Positions 49,610-58,689 of a stretch of DNA of 64,000 nucleotides are shown here, in pieces; positions within the stretch are counted from its first letter, which is position 1, and every line of letters starts with the position of its first letter. This DNA is from an uncultured Candidatus Saccharibacteria bacterium (GTDB taxonomy: Bacteria > Patescibacteriota > Saccharimonadia > CAILAD01 > BJGX01). The translations under genes were made by a program, and so were the position numbers. The stretch lies in assembly GCA_964610335.1 (NCBI GenBank), contig CAZSVP010000003.1, positions 77,531 to 141,530 of the forward strand, written 5' to 3'. Under the pieces are notes generated by a model that worked only from the letters and a program-made list of their open reading frames with translations, searched no databases and was not told the DNA's origin.

Positions 49610-49882
49610 CTAAACTACAGATACTTCGGTCTTGTAACTACTAAGGCCAGTGAAAGCCTTCTTGCGTGTCTTTTTGAACTGCACCACACCTGCCTTAGCA
49701 GCATGAAAAGTAAAATCTACACCGACAACAACATTGTTGCCAGCTACCATTTTGGTACCACGTTGGCGAACTATGATTTCACCTTCCTTGACTGTTTGGC
49801 CACCAAAACGTTTCACGCCAAGTCGCTTACTGACAGAGTCGCGTCCATTGTTTGTAGAACCACCTGCTTTTTTATGTGACAT
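49610..49882 (-). CDS. rpmA: 50S ribosomal protein L27
   Basis: [31 protein letters not shown]. Confidence 0.98.
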   Translation of the reverse strand: MSHKKAGGSTNNGRDSVSKRLGVKRFGGQTVKEGEIIVRQRGTKMVAGNNVVVGVDFTFHAAKAGVVQFKKTRKKAFTGLSSYKTEVSVV

Positions 49883-49891
49883 ATAATGCTC

Positions 49892-51028
49892 CTAATTAGT
49901 GAGAGAGTAAATGCGCCGTGCTACTAATTGATCAGCTCTGCGATACAGAAGTGATGTTTCCCCAGTCGGTGCAAATCGATCTATAGTATAGCTCATTTTC
50001 CTGATTTGGTCAATAATTGGTAGGGTAACAATCTTAGATGTGAAATGCCATTCAGGCGCACAAATTACTATTCGTTTAGGCTTGTTATTAATCTGTTGGA
50101 GTTTGGCTAAGAAGCTTAAGTAAAGTGCAGTGATATTGGTCAATGACTTATCAAACTCATTGGAGTTGACGTGAGCTACTGAAGTTGGCCCAAGATAACC
50201 CTCAGTAACAATTACGTATGAGCCCGATGGCGGTTCGAACGACTTGGCATCGGCTAGGGATACGCGATACTTCTTGGAAAGCTGAAGTTCTTCTGTAAGC
50301 CACTCAAGATTTACTTTGGCCGCCTCAACTGCACGAGGGTCATTGTCTAAGCCTATTGTTTGATAGCCCATAACTGTAGCTTCAGCTAGAATCGTACCGG
50401 GCCCACAAAATGGGTCAATTACTATGTCTGTTGAGGCAGGCTGTGCCAGATTTACCAGCATTTGAGCAAGCTTTGGCGGCACCATGCCAATATCCATATT
50501 TCGAGCTGGGCGTCCACTGTCACGTTTGGTATATGCCTCGATGTCTTGAACCCACTCCACTTCACTTAAGTACCAGTGTCCCTTGGCGGCTACGCAAAGT
50601 AATTCTATTCCCTTATCAAGTAAGCGGTTGTGAATACTAGCAGCTGCGTTCAATGCAACGCCTGACTTTGGTATTACAATACGCGTTGAACGCCCTTGGC
50701 GCTGTAGTTGCTTTTTTACCTCAAGTGTTGCTGCAAGATAATCTTTACGGCCAAGCGTAATATCTTCAAAACTAAGACCTAGCGACTTTCTCTTGATGTT
50801 TTCTGGTTTGGCCAAGTACTCCACAATCTGAGCAATCGGTAATTGTTTGGTTATAGGCAACTCTTGCACAACGCGTGCAACTTTTGTGATTCCACCTAAA
50901 TGGAAAAATGGCTTTGAACAAGACTCAAACAAAGCCGTTGTTTTGGTAAGTGGTTTTAGCCCCACGGACGTCGTGGCGAGCTCAGCTAATACCAATTCGG
51001 TTTCGCGGCCTAATAGTGCAATATACAT
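49892..51028 (-). CDS. SAM-dependent RNA methyltransferase (Trm11/UPF0020-like)
   Basis: GMVPPKLAQML, DPFCGPGTIL, TEGYLG. The ORF track labels it + but MYIALLGRE reads on the reverse complement of 51002-51028. Confidence 0.85.
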   Translation of the reverse strand: MYIALLGRETELVLAELATTSVGLKPLTKTTALFESCSKPFFHLGGITKVARVVQELPITKQLPIAQIVEYLAKPENIKRKSLGLSFEDITLGRKDYLAATLEVKKQLQRQGRSTRIVIPKSGVALNAAASIHNRLLDKGIELLCVAAKGHWYLSEVEWVQDIEAYTKRDSGRPARNMDIGMVPPKLAQMLVNLAQPASTDIVIDPFCGPGTILAEATVMGYQTIGLDNDPRAVEAAKVNLEWLTEELQLSKKYRVSLADAKSFEPPSGSYVIVTEGYLGPTSVAHVNSNEFDKSLTNITALYLSFLAKLQQINNKPKRIVICAPEWHFTSKIVTLPIIDQIRKMSYTIDRFAPTGETSLLYRRADQLVARRIYSLTN

Positions 51029-51124
51029 GACGCTATTATAGTAGTTTCAGATAGAAAGTGCTATGAATATGGATATCTTAAGCATTAGGTCGCATCTTAA
51101 CCTCTACCACGCTACAATATAGCT

Positions 51125-52129
51125 ATGAAGCTACGTTTGCGGCCACTACTATTCTTTATAGCTATCATTGCGCTTGGAGTGTTGATAATTACTCGCCTTG
51201 GCCAGTTGGAAAGCCTGATTAATACAATCAAAGGTGTTAATTTGTGGCTCTTATTGCTTGTTATCCCACTGCGATATATCTACTATTGGGCTAACACGCT
51301 GTACTTTCGTAAATTTTTTGAGATGTTTGATAATAATATAGAGCACAAGCACTTGTTCCGCACAGTGGTAGCCACCAACTTTATCAATATCATCATACCT
51401 TCGGCCGGCGTATCTGGGTTGAGCTATATGCGTGAGACTATTGGTAAAAAAGTTAAATCATCGATTTTGACATTATCGCATCTGGGTTACTACATGTTGG
51501 GGCTAGTGGCAGGTTTGATACTATTTGTGAGCTCATTTGCAATGCTATTGCTTTCAAACCAAGTGGTTAGGGTAAGTTCCAGGCTAATACTGCTTACTAT
51601 GTTTGTTTTCTTGGTATTTGTAGTAATTGCATTGGTGATGTTGGTGAATCGCCGACTAAGTGTCGACACTATCTTACTACTAAGCCGCCCTGTGAACTGG
51701 ATGTTGCACAAGTTACATCGGAGGCCTATCACTCGTCCGCGAGTAGAGGACTTTTTGAATGATGCGGGCGATAACCTTAACTATATTAGGCAAAATTGGC
51801 GCTTGCTAATAAAGCCATTTTTGGCGCTTTTTCTTATGTTGTTGATAGATATTTTGTCTCTGTATATAGTAGCGGTAAGTTTTGGACAAGTATTGAACCC
51901 AGCCGTAGTAATAAGTAGTTATTGTCTTGCCCAGATAGGCTCACTGGCGTCAGTATTGACTGCTGGCGTGGGCGCCTTTGAGGCTGTGTTGGCAGCAAGT
52001 TTGGTTGGCTTTGGAGTTCCATTTGACGTGGCGTTCTCAATTACTATCGTTTATCGTGGCATAGCGTTCTGGGCATTCTTGCCGGTTGGCTTGTGGTACT
52101 ACAAACGGGGAGTAATTGATGGAAAATGA
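51125..52129 (+). CDS. Lysylphosphatidylglycerol-synthase TM/flippase-like membrane protein (UPF0104)
   Basis: Polytopic; N.IIPSAG.SG, AGVGAFEA, IVYRGIAFW. Confidence 0.85.
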   Translation: MKLRLRPLLFFIAIIALGVLIITRLGQLESLINTIKGVNLWLLLLVIPLRYIYYWANTLYFRKFFEMFDNNIEHKHLFRTVVATNFINIIIPSAGVSGLSYMRETIGKKVKSSILTLSHLGYYMLGLVAGLILFVSSFAMLLLSNQVVRVSSRLILLTMFVFLVFVVIALVMLVNRRLSVDTILLLSRPVNWMLHKLHRRPITRPRVEDFLNDAGDNLNYIRQNWRLLIKPFLALFLMLLIDILSLYIVAVSFGQVLNPAVVISSYCLAQIGSLASVLTAGVGAFEAVLAASLVGFGVPFDVAFSITIVYRGIAFWAFLPVGLWYYKRGVIDGK

Positions 52130-53339
52130 GATTCTTACAGTTAGCCAATTTCATAGCTTCCTAAACCAGACACTAGAATTTGCTTATCCAGAAGTTGTTG
52201 TAGAAGGCGAGGTGGCAAGCTTTAAGGTCAATCAAGGCAAATGGGTGTTCTTTGATCTAAAGGATGACACTACTTCATTGGCATGTTTTATGCCAATATT
52301 TCAGCTCAAGACGGCAATTGAAGATGGTATGTTAGTAAGAGTTCATTGCAGCCCCAAGCTAACAGCCTGGGGAAAGTTCTCTTTGACAATTAAATCTCTT
52401 GAACTAGCTGGCGAGGGCAGTGTAAAAAAGGCTTTCGAACTACTAAAGGCACAGTTTGAAAAAGAAGGTTTGTTCGCTCCGGAACGTAAGCGACTTTTAC
52501 CAAAATATCCAAAGCGAGTAGCCCTAATCACATCTGCACAGGCTGCAGCATACAATGACTTTATTACCGTTTTAAGCCAGCGATATCACGCCATGCAGAT
52601 AGACCACTTACAGGTACAAGTACAAGGTGAGTCAGCTCCTGAGCAAGTTGTGCGAGCAATTGAGTTTTGTGCTTCGCGTGATGAATATGATGTAGTGGTA
52701 TTGATTCGTGGTGGCGGAAGCGCAGATGATTTGCAGGCATTCAATACTGAACCAGTAGTAAGGGCAGTGTACGGATGCAAAGTGCCTATATTAGTTGGCA
52801 TAGGGCATGAAGATGACATTAGCCTGGCGGAGCTAGCGGCAGATTTACGTGCTGCAACACCTACTGACGCAGCACGGCGACTTTCGCCTGAGCTTGAGAC
52901 CATAATCGGTGGTATCGATAAACAAGTATCATATAGTTTTGAACGGTTGAAACAACTGCTGCTCAAAAATAATCATATACTTTCTCGTAGCCAGCAAGTA
53001 ATGTCACATAAGTTAGATGATCTCAATCGAATTATTGTAGACTCTATCAGTCGATCTACCAGAGCGATTACTAAGCATATTGAGTCCACTAACATAAAGG
53101 TAGCTAGTCTGCAAAGGTCGCTGCGCAGTTTGGACCCTAGGGCAATATTACGGCGTGGTTATAGTATCGCTACAATAAATAACAGTATAGTAACCAGTAG
53201 TTCTCAGGTTACTGATACGTCTGTTGTCATGTTACAATTACACCAAGGCAAGGTACAGCTCCAAAAAATCTGTAATCGTTCAATAATAAGAAAGCCAAAA
53301 TATCATAATGTCCAAGACCAATCCCAAATCAAACTCTGA
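52119..53339 (+). CDS. xseA: Exodeoxyribonuclease VII large subunit
   Basis: VEGEVAS, FFDLKD, EGLFAPERKR, RGGGS, GIGHEDD, TPTDAA, LRRGYSI. Confidence 0.96.
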   Translation: MENEILTVSQFHSFLNQTLEFAYPEVVVEGEVASFKVNQGKWVFFDLKDDTTSLACFMPIFQLKTAIEDGMLVRVHCSPKLTAWGKFSLTIKSLELAGEGSVKKAFELLKAQFEKEGLFAPERKRLLPKYPKRVALITSAQAAAYNDFITVLSQRYHAMQIDHLQVQVQGESAPEQVVRAIEFCASRDEYDVVVLIRGGGSADDLQAFNTEPVVRAVYGCKVPILVGIGHEDDISLAELAADLRAATPTDAARRLSPELETIIGGIDKQVSYSFERLKQLLLKNNHILSRSQQVMSHKLDDLNRIIVDSISRSTRAITKHIESTNIKVASLQRSLRSLDPRAILRRGYSIATINNSIVTSSSQVTDTSVVMLQLHQGKVQLQKICNRSIIRKPKYHNVQDQSQIKL

Positions 53340-53526
53340 TCTAGATTTTGCAGCTGAGCTTCAATCATTAGAACAAATTACTGAATATTTGGAGAGTGAT
53401 GAAGTAAATCTCGAAGAGGCAATTGCACAATTTGAGCTGGCAACCAAGAAAGCGGCTAGCCTAAAAAAATATCTTGACGAAGCTGAACTAAAGGTTGATA
53501 CCCTCAAACAAAAGTTCGATAGTTAG
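53308..53526 (+). CDS. xseB: Exodeoxyribonuclease VII small subunit
   Basis: F...L..LE.I...LE.....LEEAI..FE, L..AELKV. Confidence 0.92.
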   Translation: MSKTNPKSNSDLDFAAELQSLEQITEYLESDEVNLEEAIAQFELATKKAASLKKYLDEAELKVDTLKQKFDS

Positions 53527-53586
53527 TATTTAGTTCGTAGTAGGATTCTTGAACTTAATCCAAATCTAAGGTATAGTCACTGCATT

Positions 53587-53991
53587 ATGACAAAAGTGGA
53601 TATGCCAGACTATTTTTTGGCTCTAGTACGGGAAAAAACCAATGCGCTTACGCTTGAGCAAACTGCTGAGCAAACCCAGGCTGTATTGCGTGGTCTTTGG
53701 CTTAGTTTACCAGCAAACCAGCGCGAGCAAGTATTTGCACAGTTACCAAACTATTGTCAGCAGCCTAGTAGACAGGTCTTTTATTTGTCCAAGCCAGTAT
53801 ATCCAACCGAGTTTGACATAGCCATTTATGCTAAGACAGTGTCCGCATACTACCGCCAGGCTACCACATCTCAGGTTAAGTCTTATGTAGCGGGTGTGTT
53901 GTATGCCTGTAAGACAGTTATGCCATCTAGCCAATATCAACAGTTGCTCGATAGCCTACCTCCAAGCCTTCGCGATAGAGTATTATTGTAA
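53587..53991 (+). CDS. DUF2267-like protein
   Basis: Two repeats of AVL..L...L.......AQLP / GVL........LLDSLP. Confidence 0.6.
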   Translation: MTKVDMPDYFLALVREKTNALTLEQTAEQTQAVLRGLWLSLPANQREQVFAQLPNYCQQPSRQVFYLSKPVYPTEFDIAIYAKTVSAYYRQATTSQVKSYVAGVLYACKTVMPSSQYQQLLDSLPPSLRDRVLL

Positions 53992-53993
53992 GT

Positions 53994-54845
53994 ATGCAGA
54001 CGTTTGAAGGCTTCGAGATACATGCGAACTCAGATGTAAATATAGAGGATTACTTATTTAGTTTGCCGCAAAACATGCGTCATTTGCGTAGTGTGGCTGT
54101 GTTAACTGATAAGACATTCCCCCTCAAAGTACTTGCTGACATGGCTGAGATTGTGCAGTACTTTAGGCTTGATACTAGGTATATTGCAGATCAGTCGCCA
54201 TCAGATGAACTACGATTTGATTTTTTGGAGCTAAACAAGAAGCGGACCAAGCGAACATCGGCAATAACATTTGAACAAACCGATGAAGCCACCGAGTTAC
54301 TATGTAACACACATGTGGTAGTCGCAGGATGTTTTGACCACATATCCAGTAAATACCAGCTGTTCTTGGAAAAAACTATTCAAGATTTACCGCAGCCAAT
54401 ACTATTAAGCAAAGATATAGTGTCATTATTCCAGTTCAATGTACGGTTGACCGAGCAGGCCAATCACTATTTGATCCTAACACCAGACAGTATAGTTAGA
54501 CTTTGTAGTTTGTTGGGTATTCTTACTAGACCATTGGGGCTACCAGCCAACAATTGGCACAATCTAATTCAGCTTTCAAATACTCTTGACAAGCCTACAG
54601 TCTGTGTTGCGCCAGAACACGTTCTGATTGCGATTCCGAAAGCTAGGGTACTAAAAATTGTTCGAGTTGAAGCTGCCAGCACCAAATACTATTTGTATGT
54701 CGGTCTACTAGCTTCACTGCTGGCAGCAAATACCGGTAATACTAAAGAAGTAGACTTGCACATAGATGCAGCAGCACGAATACTACAGTTAGCCAGCAGT
54801 AATGGCAGCCGATCAGTTACTCTATTCCTAAAAAACAACAGCTAA
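53994..54845 (+). CDS. Hypothetical protein, possibly a degenerate NnrD/YjeF-C-like fold
   Basis: 283-aa ORF; only weak cues (YLILTP, position of hydrophobic strands). Confidence 0.45.
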   Translation: MQTFEGFEIHANSDVNIEDYLFSLPQNMRHLRSVAVLTDKTFPLKVLADMAEIVQYFRLDTRYIADQSPSDELRFDFLELNKKRTKRTSAITFEQTDEATELLCNTHVVVAGCFDHISSKYQLFLEKTIQDLPQPILLSKDIVSLFQFNVRLTEQANHYLILTPDSIVRLCSLLGILTRPLGLPANNWHNLIQLSNTLDKPTVCVAPEHVLIAIPKARVLKIVRVEAASTKYYLYVGLLASLLAANTGNTKEVDLHIDAAARILQLASSNGSRSVTLFLKNNS

Positions 54846-54852
54846 TAATTAC

Positions 54853-54941
54853 TGGTGCCAGAGGTGGGAGTCGAACCCACACGAGCGATAAAGCTCACAC
54901 GATTTTGAGTCGTGCGTGTCTGCCAATTCCACCACTCTGGC
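54853..54941 (-). tRNA. tRNA-Leu(CAA)
   Basis: gccagag acceptor stem, D loop ggaattggcagac, anticodon arm cacga-ctCAAaa-tcgtg, long variable arm, gttcgac T loop, encoded CCA. Confidence 0.97.
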
Positions 54942-54993
54942 AAGTTTACTGTGGTGACCGTATCGAAAGCATATTATAATAGAAAACACAGTT

Positions 54994-55938
54994 ATGGCCA
55001 AGTCAACTACAGGTAATCAAAAACCTTCAACAAAAACTTCTGAGCAAAACAGTGCAGAAAACATACCTCGCACGAAGATGAATTTGTTGTACAATCGTGC
55101 ATTACAGCCAGATACTCGCAAGCAAGAAAAGGCTCGTCAAAAGCTTAACAAATTAAAACACCGTTCTAAGTGGGCCAATGTAAGATTCGCGCTCATCTCA
55201 TTTGTGGTATTTGCCCTAGTATTTAACTATCAAGTTATTCTGGCACAAGCTCAGTTTTATTGGGCTGGTCGTAACGTTGCAAAACAAGACACTACCCAGA
55301 CTCAACAACCGGTAGAGACCACAGTTGTTAACCATGTAGTAGAACCAGAGTCAGTACCCCCTGAAGATCTAATAATCATACCTAAAATCAACGTTCGAGC
55401 ACCAATTGTTTTTGCCGATAGTGTTGTTGAGTCAGCAGTATTAAAAGCGCTGGAGAATGGAGTAGTGCACTACTACGGGACAGCTAACCCAGGCGAGGTT
55501 GGTAACGCGGTATTCTTCGGTCATTCCAGCAATGATGCTTGGGTACCTGGTAACTATAAGTTTGTGTTTGTATTGCTAGAAAAACTAGTGCCTGGTGACA
55601 CATATGAGATTCATTACAACAGCAAAAAATACGTTTACCAAGTTACTTCTACCAAAACTGTGCAGCCAACTGATTTGAGCGTATTGCGACAGACCAATGA
55701 CAAAACCTCAACTCTTATTACTTGTACACCGCCCGGGACAAGTTGGCGTCGATTTATTGTAACGGCTTCACAGATACAACCTCCTCAACAGCCAGTTCAA
55801 GAGATCGTCGAGAAGCCTGCTGCACAACCTACTTCCAAGGCTGCAGTGCTGCCAAGCAATTCACCATCATTGTTAGATAGAGTAGTTCAGTTTTTTAACA
55901 GTATTTGGATCAGCTTGACTGGTAGTAGCCCTAGGTGA
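54994..55938 (+). CDS. Sortase
   Basis: IPKINV, GNAVFFGHSS, TLITCTP, downstream Arg (WRRFIV). Confidence 0.93.
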   Translation: MAKSTTGNQKPSTKTSEQNSAENIPRTKMNLLYNRALQPDTRKQEKARQKLNKLKHRSKWANVRFALISFVVFALVFNYQVILAQAQFYWAGRNVAKQDTTQTQQPVETTVVNHVVEPESVPPEDLIIIPKINVRAPIVFADSVVESAVLKALENGVVHYYGTANPGEVGNAVFFGHSSNDAWVPGNYKFVFVLLEKLVPGDTYEIHYNSKKYVYQVTSTKTVQPTDLSVLRQTNDKTSTLITCTPPGTSWRRFIVTASQIQPPQQPVQEIVEKPAAQPTSKAAVLPSNSPSLLDRVVQFFNSIWISLTGSSPR

Positions 55939-55942
55939 AAAA

Positions 55943-57331
55943 CTACTGTTTTGCTTGCAAACTGCCCAGTAGTAGCTGGCCATTTGGCGTGATTGCATAA
56001 AACCCTTTTTCAGATAAGTATGGATAGACTTGGTTGGCCGATGAGTTATTCTGTGATAATTCATGCAGGTTTTGGCCATCATAATCAACAATATAGGCTT
56101 TATTGTCACGTACAAACATTATCTGGTACTCGCCATACCAAGACCAAGTGTGGTAGTTAGGGAGCTGAACATCGCTGCGTGTCTGGCTAACGAACTCAAG
56201 ATCATAACTACGCATACCGCGCTTATCACTAACAATTAGGAAGCGGCCGTTTGTACTGGCTGAATAGCCATTTATTCCCGTCAATGTCTTGGTTGTTGGA
56301 TTCGTGCTATATGGTGCGCGTGTAACTAGTAGGGACCGATCTGATTCAGAATATACATACAAAAATTCTTCAAATTGGCCTTTGCTAAATGTAATGTCAT
56401 AACTTGGTGCAGTTCCAGCGAGAGTACTGATGTGTTTGCGGTTTGTGCCGTCTAGATCATAACGATAAATACTGTCACGTGTTGTGCCGTCAGAGCTTAC
56501 TTCACGTTCTGCGGTTAGAATGTTTGATTTCGATAAGGCATAACTCACGACGTTTTGAGCAAGTGGGCTTGTAGCTGTTTGACTACTTACTGTTATACGT
56601 CGTAGGTCTCCGGCGCTATACCAGTAGAGTTGGTCATTGGATGCCAAAGAGAACCTAACATCCACTAGTGTAGGTCCGAACTGACTTGTTAGGTTGATAG
56701 CCTTTTTGTTATTAGTATCCAAGTAAAAGATACTTGGAGTAGGTGATTCAGTAGTAGTCTGGCTAAAAAGCAATCTATCACCACTGGTGTTACTAGCCAA
56801 GTTCGTAAGCTTAGCGGAAGTCAAATTGTCTGTAGGGGGTACGTATACTTGATCTATAAAGTTATTTCTTACTCGCCAAATTGCAGGCAACAGGTTGTTC
56901 ACCCCAAATAGTGTTTTCTTATCGGAAGCTTGCGTAGTTGCCCCAAAGTTTATTGCCGGGTTTAGTCGAACGTATGGAATCTGAGTGGGCACCATCACGG
57001 CGTAGTCAGCATACACAACTTCATATGCTCGTACTTGCTTGGTTGATTGCCAATCCTGATAACTGGAGCGAGTTAGCTTAATACTCAACGGACCTGGCTC
57101 AACACTTTCAAAACGGGTTGGTGTCAACACCTTGGTATCAGTGCCGTTTAGAAATACTTTAGCCCCAGAAGGTTGTGAGTTTACTATAACTAATCCGGTT
57201 GTATATATAGCCCATGTTTTGGGATTTATGCGATAACCCTGGGCAAGGTATACAGTTACAATTGTACCCAAAATTATTAGTACAGTAGCTACCGCAACCA
57301 TCAAACTTTGTCGGGTTTTTTGTGATATCAT
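55943..57331 (-). CDS. PEGA-domain membrane-anchored protein with beta-propeller-like region
   Basis: TM, AQGYR, TGLVIVNSQPSGAKVFLNG..TP, YDGQN. Confidence 0.8.
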   Translation of the reverse strand: MISQKTRQSLMVAVATVLIILGTIVTVYLAQGYRINPKTWAIYTTGLVIVNSQPSGAKVFLNGTDTKVLTPTRFESVEPGPLSIKLTRSSYQDWQSTKQVRAYEVVYADYAVMVPTQIPYVRLNPAINFGATTQASDKKTLFGVNNLLPAIWRVRNNFIDQVYVPPTDNLTSAKLTNLASNTSGDRLLFSQTTTESPTPSIFYLDTNNKKAINLTSQFGPTLVDVRFSLASNDQLYWYSAGDLRRITVSSQTATSPLAQNVVSYALSKSNILTAEREVSSDGTTRDSIYRYDLDGTNRKHISTLAGTAPSYDITFSKGQFEEFLYVYSESDRSLLVTRAPYSTNPTTKTLTGINGYSASTNGRFLIVSDKRGMRSYDLEFVSQTRSDVQLPNYHTWSWYGEYQIMFVRDNKAYIVDYDGQNLHELSQNNSSANQVYPYLSEKGFYAITPNGQLLLGSLQAKQ

Positions 57332-57389
57332 GGGGTTTATCAGTTTCGGATTGATTATACTCCAGAATGAATTCTAACTCTAGATACCA

Positions 57390-58646
57390 ATGCAAAAACT
57401 AATTATCAACGGGCCTGCACAGCTAAACGGCACAGTTAAGATTTCAGGTAGCAAAAATCATGTTCTACCCATGATGGCTGCTAGCTTGCTTTGCGATGAA
57501 CCAATCACGCTCCACAACGTACCACTAATCTCTGATGTGGATGTAATGTTACAAATTCTATCAGAATTTGGCGTAACCCATACTCGCAACCAACATAGTC
57601 TTACGCTTGATGCCAGTCTAGCGAAACCAGCCACAATCGGCAAAGAGCTTGCTGATCGCATGCGGGCTTCTATATTGGTTCTCGGACCTGCAATTGCAAG
57701 GTTTGGCGAAGTATCAGCTTACGAACCGGGTGGAGATATTATTGGCGCACGACCGCTAACTGGTCATATCAGAGTTTTTGAGAAGCTTGGAATTGCTGTT
57801 AGCCACAAAGACGATTTATTAGGGTTAAAAGGTAAGCCCAAGGCTACAAGTTTTATAATGGATGAACTGTCTGTTACGCCAGCGGAGAATGCTGTTTTGG
57901 CTGCTGTATTATCAGATGGGGTTACAAATATTCGTAGAGTAGCATTGGAGCCACATGTGACTGAACTTTGTAGGTTTTTAAACTCTCTCGGCGCAAAGAT
58001 TGAGGGTATTGATACTCATAACTTACAAATAACAGGCGTGTCGAAACTGCATGGTGGAGAGGGAACAATTATTCCCGATCAGCTTGAGGCTGGCACATTT
58101 GCTATTGCGGCGGCGGCAACTGGCGGCGATGTTGTTATTGAACATTTTGTTGCAAGTGATCACGATGCATTGCTGACTGTTTTTGAAAAAATGCAGGTAA
58201 ACGCTGAGATTATAGACCCAACAAGTATACATATTAGACCAAGTGAGCGGCTGATCGGTACAAGAGTAGTAACACACCCTTATCCCAATTTCCCAACTGA
58301 TTTGCAAGCTCCGATGGCTGTTCTAATGACTCAAGCACATGGCAAGTCTGAAATATTTGAAACCATGTATGAGGGACGTATGAGTTACCTATACGAGTTA
58401 CAAAGAATGGGTGCGCAAGTAAGCATTCAAGATAGTCACGTGGGGCTAATTACTGGTCCAGGTAAACTAAAGGGTGCGGAGTTGATTTCTTTTGATATTC
58501 GTGCAGGAGCTACGCTTTTGCTGGCAGCACTTGTAGCAGATGGCAAAACAGTTATAGAGCGGATTGAGCACATTGATCGTGGCTACGAACATTTTGATGA
58601 GAAACTACGAAGCCTTGGTGCTGATATTAAGCGCGTCGATGCCTAA
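57390..58646 (+). CDS. murA: UDP-GlcNAc 1-carboxyvinyltransferase (Asp at the catalytic Cys position)
   Basis: ISGSKN, MRASILVLGP, PGGDIIGARP, FPTDLQ, DIRAGA, IDRGYE. Confidence 0.97.
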   Translation: MQKLIINGPAQLNGTVKISGSKNHVLPMMAASLLCDEPITLHNVPLISDVDVMLQILSEFGVTHTRNQHSLTLDASLAKPATIGKELADRMRASILVLGPAIARFGEVSAYEPGGDIIGARPLTGHIRVFEKLGIAVSHKDDLLGLKGKPKATSFIMDELSVTPAENAVLAAVLSDGVTNIRRVALEPHVTELCRFLNSLGAKIEGIDTHNLQITGVSKLHGGEGTIIPDQLEAGTFAIAAAATGGDVVIEHFVASDHDALLTVFEKMQVNAEIIDPTSIHIRPSERLIGTRVVTHPYPNFPTDLQAPMAVLMTQAHGKSEIFETMYEGRMSYLYELQRMGAQVSIQDSHVGLITGPGKLKGAELISFDIRAGATLLLAALVADGKTVIERIEHIDRGYEHFDEKLRSLGADIKRVDA

Positions 58647-58689
58647 CCCCAGATTGGTCTTGAGTAAGCTAGCCTGATACAATAACAGC

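Noticed and set aside
49892-51028. ORF track labels this 378-aa ORF as + strand
   Set aside because: The listed protein MYIALLGRE reads from the reverse complement at 51028; annotated on the minus strand, co-oriented with rpmA
54853-54941. tRNA-Leu as an integration site
   Set aside because: No duplicated tRNA 3' end and no integrase seen in the window
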